64,000 nucleotides of DNA from Clostridia bacterium (GTDB lineage: Bacteria; Bacillota; Clostridia; Oscillospirales; CAG-272): positions 84,203 through 148,202 of the forward strand of contig JAFWYJ010000040.1 in assembly GCA_017517745.1 (NCBI GenBank), written 5' to 3'. Position numbers and translations under genes: made by a program. Below the pieces are notes generated by a model. The model had not been told where the DNA came from. It saw only the letters and a list, made by a program, of their open reading frames with translations, and made no database searches. Shown here piece after piece: positions 56,155 to 64,000 of this stretch. How positions within the stretch are numbered: the first letter of the stretch is position 1; each line of letters opens with the position of its first letter.

Positions 56155-57800
56155 GTGGATGGAAACCGCTTTCCTCGGCGTTTGGGCGTCCTCTGCCGCT
56201 CATGCTCATCGGAGCGGTCCTGACCGCGCTGACGTTGGTCTTTCCCGCGATCGGACTTTTGGAATGGGTGACCATGATCCCGCTCTTTGTCGGTGTCTAC
56301 CGCCTCGCGGAGCGCGCGGATTGTACGCTTCGCCGTGCTTACGGCTACGGCTTTTTGACGGTCTACGTCTTTTATTTCGTCATCTATCATTGGTTTCTCC
56401 GCCTCTATCCCCTGGATTTTGTGGGGATGGACAACGCCTCGTCTGCCATCGTGATCGCGGCGGGCTGGTTCGGACTTCCGATTTTGCAGGCGGCGACGGG
56501 AGGATTGATCTTTCTCACATTCCGATGGATGCACAAAACCTCGATCTTTGCGCGTGCGCCAATGCTCAGACCCATCGTTTTTGCGGCACTTTGGGTGGTT
56601 TTTGAGTGGTCATCGACGCTTTCGTGGGCAGGCGTCCCGTGGGGACGGCTTTGCCTTGGTCAGATCGAAATGCTTCCGATGCTGCAAAGCGCGTCACTGC
56701 TTGGATCGTATTTCGTCAGCTTTTTGATTCTTGCCGTCAACGGATTTCTCGCCGTTCTTGTACTGGATCGCACCAAATCCTTGCTTTGCGGCATCATCGC
56801 CGCGTCGATCTTCTGTTCCAACCTGCTCTTTGGCGCCGCGGTTCGTCTTTGCCCCGAAAAGCAAGGCGAGACACTGCGCGTGGCAGTCATTCAGGGAAAT
56901 ATCAACTCCCACGAAAAATGGGATTCCAATTCGGGAAACAACATCCGAAAAACCTATCGCGATCTCAGCCTTGCGGCGGCGGGGCAGGGGGCAGAGTTCA
57001 TCGTTTGGCCGGAAAGCGCGTTGCCGTATGAGCTGAACCGGAGCGCTTCCTTGCAGAAATACGTCTCCGAATTGGCGATCGAATGCAATGCCACGCTGAT
57101 CGTCGGCGCGTTTTACCGAGATCACGAATCCGATCCGCCAAGGAATGACAACGCGCTCTTCATGATCACACCCGACGGAGAGATCAGCGAGACGGTCTAT
57201 GCCAAGCGTCATCTTGTGCCGTTTGGAGAATACGTTCCCATGCGGGATCTGATCATGTTTCTCATTCCGCCGCTTGCCGAACTGTCGGCACTCGACAGCG
57301 ATCTGACACCGGGTATCGATTCCGCGCTGTTTGCATTGCCCGAGGAATTGCCAAAGGGCAAGGTCGGCTCACTGATCTGCTTTGATTCGATCTATGAGCA
57401 GCTGACGCTGGACAGCGTGCGCGACGGCGCGAATCTGATGCTGGTGTCGAGCAATGACAGTTGGTTTTACGATTCCGCGGCGGTCTATCAGCACCAGGCG
57501 CAGGCACAGCTGAGAGCCATTGAGAGCGGTAGGTATCTCGTCCGTTCCGCCAACACGGGCATTTCCAGCGTGATCTCCGACGAGGGAGAAATTCTGGCAT
57601 GGCTCGATCCCTTGACAAAAGGCTACCGCGTCGCCGACGTGCAAATGCGAACCCGCCACACGCTTTACAACGTCGTCGGCAATCTGTTTGTTTATCTTTG
57701 CCTCGCCTTTGTCATCCTTCTGCCCATTCTCGGCAAACTGCTCGGCGAGCCGCAAAAAAGACCGATTGTTTGGAAAAATCATTACGGAAAAACAAAATAA
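56151..57800 (+). CDS. lnt: Apolipoprotein N-acyltransferase
   Basis: Polytopic N-terminal half plus CN-hydrolase domain, with IVWPESA (Glu), KRHLVPFGEYVP (Lys), LICFDSIY (Cys). Confidence 0.8.
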   Translation: MSGWKPLSSAFGRPLPLMLIGAVLTALTLVFPAIGLLEWVTMIPLFVGVYRLAERADCTLRRAYGYGFLTVYVFYFVIYHWFLRLYPLDFVGMDNASSAIVIAAGWFGLPILQAATGGLIFLTFRWMHKTSIFARAPMLRPIVFAALWVVFEWSSTLSWAGVPWGRLCLGQIEMLPMLQSASLLGSYFVSFLILAVNGFLAVLVLDRTKSLLCGIIAASIFCSNLLFGAAVRLCPEKQGETLRVAVIQGNINSHEKWDSNSGNNIRKTYRDLSLAAAGQGAEFIVWPESALPYELNRSASLQKYVSELAIECNATLIVGAFYRDHESDPPRNDNALFMITPDGEISETVYAKRHLVPFGEYVPMRDLIMFLIPPLAELSALDSDLTPGIDSALFALPEELPKGKVGSLICFDSIYEQLTLDSVRDGANLMLVSSNDSWFYDSAAVYQHQAQAQLRAIESGRYLVRSANTGISSVISDEGEILAWLDPLTKGYRVADVQMRTRHTLYNVVGNLFVYLCLAFVILLPILGKLLGEPQKRPIVWKNHYGKTK

Positions 57801-57807
57801 CCCAAAG

Positions 57808-57847
57808 CCCCCCCGAAGCCACCGAGAAATCGGCAGTTTCGGGGGGG
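57808..57847. terminator. Hairpin between convergent lnt and the LRR gene
   Basis: CCCCCCCGAA / TTCGGGGGGG 10-bp stem with a structured 20-nt loop. Confidence 0.55.
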
Positions 57848-57877
57848 TTGATATTCGGTTTGCTTACCAAAGCGTTT

Positions 57878-60874
57878 TTAAAGTGGGCTTTTTCCATCGA
57901 TACAGATGACCATGGTGGCGGGAATATGATAATTCCAATCGAATTCTTTTTCAATTGCATCCCATTCTTCCACGGTTCCGTCAAAACCAATGGCTTTCAG
58001 ATTGATGCATTCACGGAAAGCATCGTAGCGGATGATTGTCACGCTAACGGGGATCGTAACGCTTTTCAAGTTTGTGCATTTAAAAAACGTGTGCCACTCG
58101 ATGATCGTCACTTGATTGGGAATCATGATGTCCGTCAGACTCGTGCAATTCGAGAAAGCAGACTCCCCAATGCTTGTCACGGTATTGGGAAGCGTGATGC
58201 TCGTCAAGCTCGAGCAACCGGAGAATGCCGAATTGCCGATGCTCGTCACGCTATTGGGAATCATGACGTCCGTCAGACTCGTGCAGTGCGAGAATGCAGA
58301 ATTGCCAATGCTTGTCACGGTATTGGGAAGCGTGATGCTCTCCAAATTCATGCAACCGTAGAATGCCCCGGAACCAATGCTCGTCACACTGTTGGAAATC
58401 GTAATGTTTTCCAGATTCTTGCAACCGTAGAACGTCTGGGAGGCAATGCTTGTCACATTGCTCGGAATCGCGATGCTTGCAAGACTTGCGCAACCCGTGA
58501 ACGCACACTGGCCAATGTTCGTCACACTGTCGGGAATGGTGATGCTTGCCAGAACTGCGCAACCTGCGAAAGCATACTGGTCAATGTTCGTCACACTGTC
58601 GGGAATTGTGATGTTGGCCAGGCTTGCGCAATCAGAGAACGCCGAATTGCCAATATTTGTCACACCGGTGGGAATGATGACCTTCGTGATATTGCTACAA
58701 CCGTAAAAGGCATAGTTGTTGATCTGTTGAACACCGGCGGGGATTTCGAGCTCGGTTGCAATTGTGTTGTTCACGTGAAGCGTGGCGCCATATCGCATCG
58801 GATTGGACTCGGCGTTGTCGAACGAAATGCCACACCAAGCCTCAAGATCGGTCACGTAAACGTTGGAGAGACTTTGACAAGCCAGGAATGCATTATCGCC
58901 AATGCTCGCGACGCTGTCGGGAATTGTGATGTCGGCCAGGCTTGGGCAATAGGAGAACGCCGAATTGCCAATGCTCGTGATGTTGGCAGGGATCGTGATG
59001 CTCGTCAAGCTCGAGCAACCGGAGAATGTCGAATTACCGATGCTCGTGACGCTGTTGGAGATCGTGATGCTCGTCAAGCTCGAGCAACCGGAGAATGTCG
59101 AATTGCCGATGCTCGTGACGCTGTTGGGGATCGTGATGCTCGTCAAGCTCGAGCAATCGGAGAATGCCGAATTGCCGATGCTCGTGACACTGCCGGGGAT
59201 CGTGATGCTTTCCAGGTTATGGCAATCCAAAAAAGCTTGATCATGGATACTCGTCACGCTACCGTCCGCGGGAATGACACTGTTTTTGATTCCAAAAATC
59301 AAGGCTTTGTCGGCTGTTTCGATCAAGCAGTTGCCTTGGCTGTGATAGATTGTATTCTCGGGCGCGACGGCAATATTTTCAAGGTTGAAGCAACCGAGGA
59401 AGGCGGAATCTCCAATGCTTATTACATTTTTGGGGATCGTGAGGCTTGTCAAACCCAAGCAATGGTCAAATGCAGACTCCCCGATTTGGATCACGCTGTC
59501 GGGAATTGCGATTTCCGTCAGTTTTACACAGTCATAGAAGGTTTTCTTCCCGATGCTCGCGATGCCGTCGGGGATCGTGATGTTTTTCAAAGATACACAA
59601 CCGGAAAAGGCAAGATCACCGATATTTGTCACTCCGCTTGGAATGTCGATCGTTTCCAATTGTGCGCAGGAAGCAAATGCAGAACCGTGGATCAATTTGC
59701 AGGTGGATTCCAGGGTGACGTTGGTGATCAGCCGTTTGTCAAGTGCTTTGACGGCAACCAGATAGGGCAGCGTTTCACTTCCGAGATATGCAACGTTGTT
59801 CTTTTCATGATACTGCAGCTTGGAGCAATCGACGAAGGCATCCGAAAGGATCAGATTGACGTTTTCGTGGATGGTGCAGGATTCGATGTCGGCATCCTTT
59901 GCGCTGACCAACACCTTGTGCGGGTTCTCGGCGCTTCCAAGATAGTAGGCGTTTCCGTATTCCGCATACTCCAGGCTTCTACAGCCCTTGAATGCAGACT
60001 CACCAATGATTTTCAGGCTGTTGGGAAGGGTTACCTTTTTCAAGTTGCAACAGCCGGCAAACGCCTTTGGAGAAATGGAAAGTACCCCTTCCGAAAACGT
60101 GACGGAGGTGATGACGTCTGTGTTGATCGGAAGCGTGATGCCTTTGTCATAGTTTTCAATTTGTTGGCTTTTTCCAAGCTCCAACAGCGATTGCACACAC
60201 GCATAGTTTTGCGATGCCGAAAAATCGGTATATTTCGAGAGCTGACGGGATAGCCAATCGAGTTCTGTAAGGGTAATATCGTCAAAAAGCACGTAAAGAT
60301 TGGTTGCTTGCGCCAGCGGATATTGTGAAAGAAGTATATTTTTTGTAGCTTGGCTTTTCGCATTTTCAAGGCTTTTCAATTGCCAAAAAGTGAGCGTTTT
60401 CTTAAAGTAGAACTCTATCAGCTCGCCGGCTTCAAACTTCTTTTGCAACGGTTCCTTGATATATTTCAAAAAATCCGCCTCGGAGAGCACTCTTGGAACG
60501 TTGTGGTAGACGAGATCATCGGTGTCAAACCCAACAACCGCTTCTCCCTGCGGAGAGGTTGCGGGGATGGTGATGGAAAGGTCTTTTGCGTTGGCACCGA
60601 GCGTGATGCCGTCGACGAAACAGGTGCCGTTTCCGAGCGAACGGAACGAGAGGGTGTAGGTGTCGCCCGGTGTTTCCTCCTTGCCGGAATCGGCCGAGGG
60701 CGTGGATTCCGTTTCGCCGGACGGCGCGGAAGAATCCGTGGGATTTGACGGGCCGGCACTTTCTGTTGTTTCCGGAGTGCTTGACGGCACTTTTTGACAT
60801 GCGGTCAACCACGTTGTCGAACACATCGCGAGAATCAAAAGGATCGAAACCGCCGTTTTCTTGAAAGCTTTCAT
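57878..60874 (-). CDS. Surface lipoprotein with BspA-type leucine-rich repeats (~998 aa)
   Basis: Start at MKAFKKTAVSILLILAMCSTTWLTAC (lipobox LTAC), after GGAGG. S/T/P-rich linker. More than 25 units of the 23-aa pattern SLxSITIPxSVTSIGxxAFxGC. Confidence 0.85.
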   Translation of the reverse strand: MKAFKKTAVSILLILAMCSTTWLTACQKVPSSTPETTESAGPSNPTDSSAPSGETESTPSADSGKEETPGDTYTLSFRSLGNGTCFVDGITLGANAKDLSITIPATSPQGEAVVGFDTDDLVYHNVPRVLSEADFLKYIKEPLQKKFEAGELIEFYFKKTLTFWQLKSLENAKSQATKNILLSQYPLAQATNLYVLFDDITLTELDWLSRQLSKYTDFSASQNYACVQSLLELGKSQQIENYDKGITLPINTDVITSVTFSEGVLSISPKAFAGCCNLKKVTLPNSLKIIGESAFKGCRSLEYAEYGNAYYLGSAENPHKVLVSAKDADIESCTIHENVNLILSDAFVDCSKLQYHEKNNVAYLGSETLPYLVAVKALDKRLITNVTLESTCKLIHGSAFASCAQLETIDIPSGVTNIGDLAFSGCVSLKNITIPDGIASIGKKTFYDCVKLTEIAIPDSVIQIGESAFDHCLGLTSLTIPKNVISIGDSAFLGCFNLENIAVAPENTIYHSQGNCLIETADKALIFGIKNSVIPADGSVTSIHDQAFLDCHNLESITIPGSVTSIGNSAFSDCSSLTSITIPNSVTSIGNSTFSGCSSLTSITISNSVTSIGNSTFSGCSSLTSITIPANITSIGNSAFSYCPSLADITIPDSVASIGDNAFLACQSLSNVYVTDLEAWCGISFDNAESNPMRYGATLHVNNTIATELEIPAGVQQINNYAFYGCSNITKVIIPTGVTNIGNSAFSDCASLANITIPDSVTNIDQYAFAGCAVLASITIPDSVTNIGQCAFTGCASLASIAIPSNVTSIASQTFYGCKNLENITISNSVTSIGSGAFYGCMNLESITLPNTVTSIGNSAFSHCTSLTDVMIPNSVTSIGNSAFSGCSSLTSITLPNTVTSIGESAFSNCTSLTDIMIPNQVTIIEWHTFFKCTNLKSVTIPVSVTIIRYDAFRECINLKAIGFDGTVEEWDAIEKEFDWNYHIPATMVICIDGKSPL
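58991..59197. repeat. Three near-identical 69-bp tandem units inside the LRR lipoprotein gene
   Basis: GATCGTGATGCTCGTCAAGCTCGAGCAA... recurs at 58991, 59060, 59129 (period 69 bp = one 23-aa LRR unit). Confidence 0.85.
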
Positions 60875-60920
60875 GTCACTGTTCCTCCAAAAAATGTATT
60901 TTAGAATGATACTATATATC

Positions 60921-60949
60921 ATTTTATCATGGTCTTCCTGCTTTTTCAA
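60921..60949 (-). promoter_or_regulatory. Sigma-A type promoter of the LRR lipoprotein gene
   Basis: Minus strand: TTGAAA (60949-60944), 17-nt spacer, TGaTAAAAT (-10 at 60926-60921). Confidence 0.65.
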
Positions 60950-61044
60950 GAGATTTGCACCATTTTTTGGAAAAAGCTGCTGTTTGGATAGAAAAAAGCG
61001 ATGCGGGTAAGTTTTTATTCTTGTTACAAAAAACGATTTTTTTG

Positions 61045-61073
61045 TTGACATTGGAAAAAATTTGTGATATAAT
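61045..61073 (+). promoter_or_regulatory. Consensus sigma-A promoter (extended -10) driving a ~270-nt leader
   Basis: TTGACA 61045-61050, 17-nt spacer, TGaTATAAT 61065-61073. Confidence 0.75.
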
Positions 61074-61080
61074 CAAAAAT

Positions 61081-61250
61081 GCCAAACAAATTTCATAATG
61101 CCATTGTAGGGATATTTTTCTCTTTTTTCAAAGGGATAAGAATACCCTTTTTTCGGCATGCTATCTATAAATGGATTTTGGTAAAATTGCAAATTCCATC
61201 AAGTGGATAGTATGGCGAAATATCCGTATGTGGCTTGAAATTTGTTTGGC
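61081..61250 (+). repeat. 170-nt segment bounded by a perfect 15-nt inverted repeat (candidate invertible element, RNA P1 helix or MITE)
   Basis: GCCAAACAAATTTCA 61081-61095 / TGAAATTTGTTTGGC 61236-61250. Inner helices ATGCC/GGCAT. AAAGGG-N9-CCCTTTTTT hairpin at 61130-61153. Confidence 0.7.
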
Positions 61251-61274
61251 GACAATCGGAGTTTGCGGTTTTCG

Positions 61275-61309
61275 GTGCGTTGACTTCGGTTGGCGCACTT
61301 TTTATTTTT
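61275..61309 (+). terminator. Strong intrinsic terminator immediately upstream of the first ORF of the operon
   Basis: GTGCGTTGAC TTCG GTTGGCGCAC (10-bp stem, UUCG loop), then TTTTTATTTTT. RBS and ATG follow at 61347. Confidence 0.8.
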
Positions 61310-61346
61310 CACCGAAAATAAATTATTTTTTAGGAGAAAAAGAAAC

Positions 61347-61667
61347 ATGCAGAAAAAAATCGATTACAAACAAATCTATCAAACGGTCTACAAAAATCTT
61401 CCAAACATTTGGCTTTTTGCGACTTTTATCATAGGAACCATTGCCAGCGTGGTGTTGGGGATTTTCTTTTTCGCAGAAGAAGAAGCGGGGGTTGGAGCCC
61501 TTCTTATTATTTTCGGTATTTTGATATCTTTGGTTTTGGCATTCATAGACCGTTGGATTGTTTCCGTTGTGATCTCTCAAAAGGTCGTTGTCGCCGATGC
61601 GTTGCTTGAAATGAACGGTTCGGTTTCGAAGGACGTGGATTCTGACGATGAACTTCCCGAGCTGTGA
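61347..61667 (+). CDS. Small membrane protein (106 aa, two TM helices, acidic tail)
   Basis: ORF 61290..61667; start at MQKKIDYK, after AGGAG. Co-oriented with and 11 nt upstream of the LRR gene. Confidence 0.6.
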   Translation: MQKKIDYKQIYQTVYKNLPNIWLFATFIIGTIASVVLGIFFFAEEEAGVGALLIIFGILISLVLAFIDRWIVSVVISQKVVVADALLEMNGSVSKDVDSDDELPEL

Positions 61668-61678
61668 GGTAAGGCATC

Positions 61679-63469
61679 ATGAGTGAAAGATATATCAAGC
61701 TGTTTTCAAGCAAAGAAAATTTATATGCAAAAGATTCTCCCGTTGTCATCCGCGCGGGTGCGCTTTTGAAGGATAGTCAAACGGGAAAAATGATCGCGCA
61801 GTTGAAATTTCAAAGCGTTAGCGAAAAGACGATCTCCTATTTGAAGATCGCGATCAGCCAATTGGATGCCGTCAACAATCCTCTCGGAGAACCCGTTGCG
61901 TTTGAATATTTGGATCTTTCGGTGGGGTATCGAAAGGAATTTGGTTCCAAAAAGCCGCTTCCGTTGCCCAATGCATCCGCCCGCGGTTTTGTTGTCGGTG
62001 TTTCAACGGTCGGCTTTGCCGACGGTTCCGTTTGGACGTGTGACGATCCCGATTGGCAGCCGATGGTCAACGATTCCGCAGTGGCAAGGCTCATGCAGGT
62101 TGAGAGCCGCTACGAAGAAGCCCTTGCGCTTTTCCAAAGCGATCGCGTGGACGATGTGAAAAAGGCACTCGAATACTTCACCGAAATTCGCGACGAAAAA
62201 GACGTAACCGTCGAAATTGCGCAATGCGAGAACAAAATTCAGGAATTGCAAGAGCAGGAACGACTGGCGATAGAAACGATTCAACAGAACACCGTCAAGA
62301 GAAAAAAGATCTTGAAATGGTCTGCAATCGCAGCGGGCGTTGCCGTTCTTTTGGTGCTTGTGAGCTATTTTGTGATTTATCCGTTCATTTCGGTTAAAAA
62401 CGGAAATTATAAGGTCTACGTCAATATGTATCACGTAACGGATTATGAAATTCCCGACGGCGTGACGAGCATTGACATGTATGCATTCTCCGGTTGCGAT
62501 AGCCTTGAAAGCATCACGATTCCCGACAGTGTGACGAGCATTGGCTATTATGCATTCTGGGGGTGCACGAATCTTTCGAGCATCACGATTCCCAACAGCG
62601 TCACGAGCATTGGTGGCTATGCATTCCATTATTGCACGAGCCTTACGAGCATCACGATTCCCGACAGTGTGACGAGCATTGGCGGTGGTGCGTTCGAAGG
62701 TTGTAATAGCCTTACGAGCATCGTGATCCCCGACAGCGTTACGAGCATTGGTGGTTGGGCGTTTGAAGGTTGTAATAGCCTTGAAAGCATCACGTTGCCA
62801 TTTATCGGAAAAACTGAGAATGGGACTTCGGGCATAGATTTCAGATATATTTTCGGACCAAATTGCGATGTTCCCGCATCTCTCAAAACCGTGGTAATTA
62901 CCGGCGGTACGAGCATTGACGATTATGCGTTCTCCGATTGCGATAGCCTTGAAAGCATCAGGATTCCTGACAGTGTGACGAGCATTGGCAAGAATGCATT
63001 CTCCGGCTGCGGTAGCCTTGCAAGCATCACGATTCCCAAGAGCGTCACGAGCATTGACGAGAGTGCGTTCAAAGGTTGCGATAGCCTTGAAAGCATTAGG
63101 ATTCCCGACAGTGTGACGAGCATTGGCAAGAATGCATTCTCTGGCTGCGGTAGCCTTGCAAGCATCACGATTCCCAAGAGCGTCACGAGCATTGGTGGGG
63201 GTGTATTCCACAGTTGCACGAGCCTTGCAAGCATCACGATTCCCAAGAGCGTCACGAGCATTGGCAAGAGTGCGTTCTATGGTTGCACACATTTGAAGAC
63301 CGTTTATTACACCGGCACGGCAACGGATTGGGCGAAAATTAGCATTGATTCTTCCTCCTCCGGCAACTTTTACCTCAAAAACGCCACCTGTTATTACTAC
63401 TCCGCTACTCGCCCCACCACCTCGGGCAACTATTGGCACTACGTGAACGGCGTGCCGACGAAGTGGTGA
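61679..63469 (+). CDS. Single-pass transmembrane protein: ~215-aa cytoplasmic N-domain, TM helix, extracellular BspA-type LRR domain
   Basis: No signal peptide. [26 protein letters not shown] near residue 225. About 14 LRR units ([18 protein letters not shown]). Confidence 0.8.
   Translation: MSERYIKLFSSKENLYAKDSPVVIRAGALLKDSQTGKMIAQLKFQSVSEKTISYLKIAISQLDAVNNPLGEPVAFEYLDLSVGYRKEFGSKKPLPLPNASARGFVVGVSTVGFADGSVWTCDDPDWQPMVNDSAVARLMQVESRYEEALALFQSDRVDDVKKALEYFTEIRDEKDVTVEIAQCENKIQELQEQERLAIETIQQNTVKRKKILKWSAIAAGVAVLLVLVSYFVIYPFISVKNGNYKVYVNMYHVTDYEIPDGVTSIDMYAFSGCDSLESITIPDSVTSIGYYAFWGCTNLSSITIPNSVTSIGGYAFHYCTSLTSITIPDSVTSIGGGAFEGCNSLTSIVIPDSVTSIGGWAFEGCNSLESITLPFIGKTENGTSGIDFRYIFGPNCDVPASLKTVVITGGTSIDDYAFSDCDSLESIRIPDSVTSIGKNAFSGCGSLASITIPKSVTSIDESAFKGCDSLESIRIPDSVTSIGKNAFSGCGSLASITIPKSVTSIGGGVFHSCTSLASITIPKSVTSIGKSAFYGCTHLKTVYYTGTATDWAKISIDSSSSGNFYLKNATCYYYSATRPTTSGNYWHYVNGVPTKW
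62939..63193. repeat. 138-bp tandem duplication (two LRR units each) inside 61679..63469
   Basis: TGCGATAGCCTTGAAAGCAT... at 62939 and again at 63077. 117 nt aligned with 3 mismatches. Confidence 0.85.
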
Positions 63470-63571
63470 CGTTGTAAACAAATCATCCGATCCCACAAAA
63501 AAAGCGCGCGACGCGCGCACACCCCCGAAAACGTCGGCTCAAACCGTCGTCCTCGGGGGCGTGTTTGTTGT

Positions 63572-63634
63572 GAAAGTTCTTGCGGGGGAGAGGATTGGAG
63601 AGGGGGCACTTCTTTCAAGAAGCGCCCCCTCTCC
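63572..63634. repeat. G-rich hairpin repeat, copy C
   Basis: GAAAGTTCTTGCGGGGGAGAGG, then GGAGAGGGGGCACTTCTTTCAAGAAGCGCCCCCTCTCC hairpin. Lies between convergent genes. Confidence 0.75.
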
Positions 63635-63652
63635 AAGGTCTTTCTATCAAAA

Positions 63653-64000
63653 TCACTCACCCAAGCGTTCGATGATTTTTTCGTAGGTCAAGCCGTAGCT
63701 TTGGGCAATGTCGCGGGCGTAGCTCTTTCCATCGGGCTTGGCGCGAACGATGCGGAAGGAACGCTTGCCTTCACCCACAATGCCGGCAACCAGCGTGTCA
63801 ATGGCAACACCGCCCGATGCCTTGGAACGCGCGTTGATGTTGTCGATCTCGGCGGCAAGCTCGTGCAGGTGCGTCGAGAAGAGGGCGCGGCAACCGACGT
63901 GCGCAAGTCCGCCCAATACCTCCGCCGCAATGTAGGAGGCTTCAAAGCTTCCCGTCGAGGAAAGCGACTCGTCAAGCAATACCAAACTGTGCGGCGTGAC
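63653..64000 (-). CDS. MutS-family ATPase (domain V), 3' part only; gene continues past window end
   Basis: Minus-strand frame is open to the window edge: VTPHSLVLLDE (Walker B)...FSTHLHELA...SYARDIAQSYGL. The ORF track lists it as 63653..63985. Confidence 0.75.
   Translation of the reverse strand, partial: VTPHSLVLLDESLSSTGSFEASYIAAEVLGGLAHVGCRALFSTHLHELAAEIDNINARSKASGGVAIDTLVAGIVGEGKRSFRIVRAKPDGKSYARDIAQSYGLTYEKIIERLGE

Noticed and set aside
58100-59240. Regular 69-bp periodic repeats that could be mistaken for a CRISPR array
   Set aside because: The repeats are in-frame coding LRR units, and the conserved and variable parts follow the protein consensus. There is no leader and no cas genes. 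The same applies to 62450-63270.
57599-60253. 884-aa plus-strand ORF, plus the 505-aa minus-strand ORF at 62003..63520
   Set aside because: Both are antisense to the LRR genes. Their internal periodicity just mirrors the 69-bp LRR unit. The sense strands carry a lipobox or TM helix, an RBS and the canonical LRR consensus.
61171-61434. 87-aa ORF inside the LRR operon leader
   Set aside because: It runs through the inverted repeat and the intrinsic terminator, has no RBS, and is out of frame with the well-supported start at 61347.

Overview
This 64-kb chromosomal window appears to come from a spore-forming, moderately GC-rich Clostridia-type Firmicute (spoIVA and pro-sigK are present, genes are densely packed, RBSs are GGAGG-type). 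I call about 60 protein-coding genes and found no rRNA, tRNA or CRISPR. Most genes are housekeeping: glnS, gltX, ychF, proBAC, truB, trmB, rpe, ispDF, rpiB, tsaBE, rpmB, mtaB, lnt. There is also a small glycoside-hydrolase locus (GH36, GH78) and several accessory stretches. The main points of interest are:
- A ten-gene HydABC-type [FeFe]-hydrogenase operon has an uncharacterised five-gene sensory cassette wedged inside it (HydS-like paralogue, two DRTGG-like proteins, a GHKL kinase, a PHP phosphoesterase). A Rex-type operator lies upstream.
- A divergent pair of BspA-type LRR surface-protein loci. One sits behind a ~270-nt leader with a perfect 15-nt inverted repeat and a strong terminator, so it is a candidate invertible switch or a new cis-regulatory RNA.
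- A 1.4-kb AT-rich single-gene island bounded by ~65-bp inverted copies of a dispersed G-rich hairpin repeat.
- An iteron-like array of GTGAAAT/ATTTCAC heptamers between convergent genes.
- A degenerate PurL-like pseudoenzyme.
- Two frameshifted genes (proA and a GH36 alpha-galactosidase).

All calls rest on reading the sequence and recalled family motifs. No database search was run.
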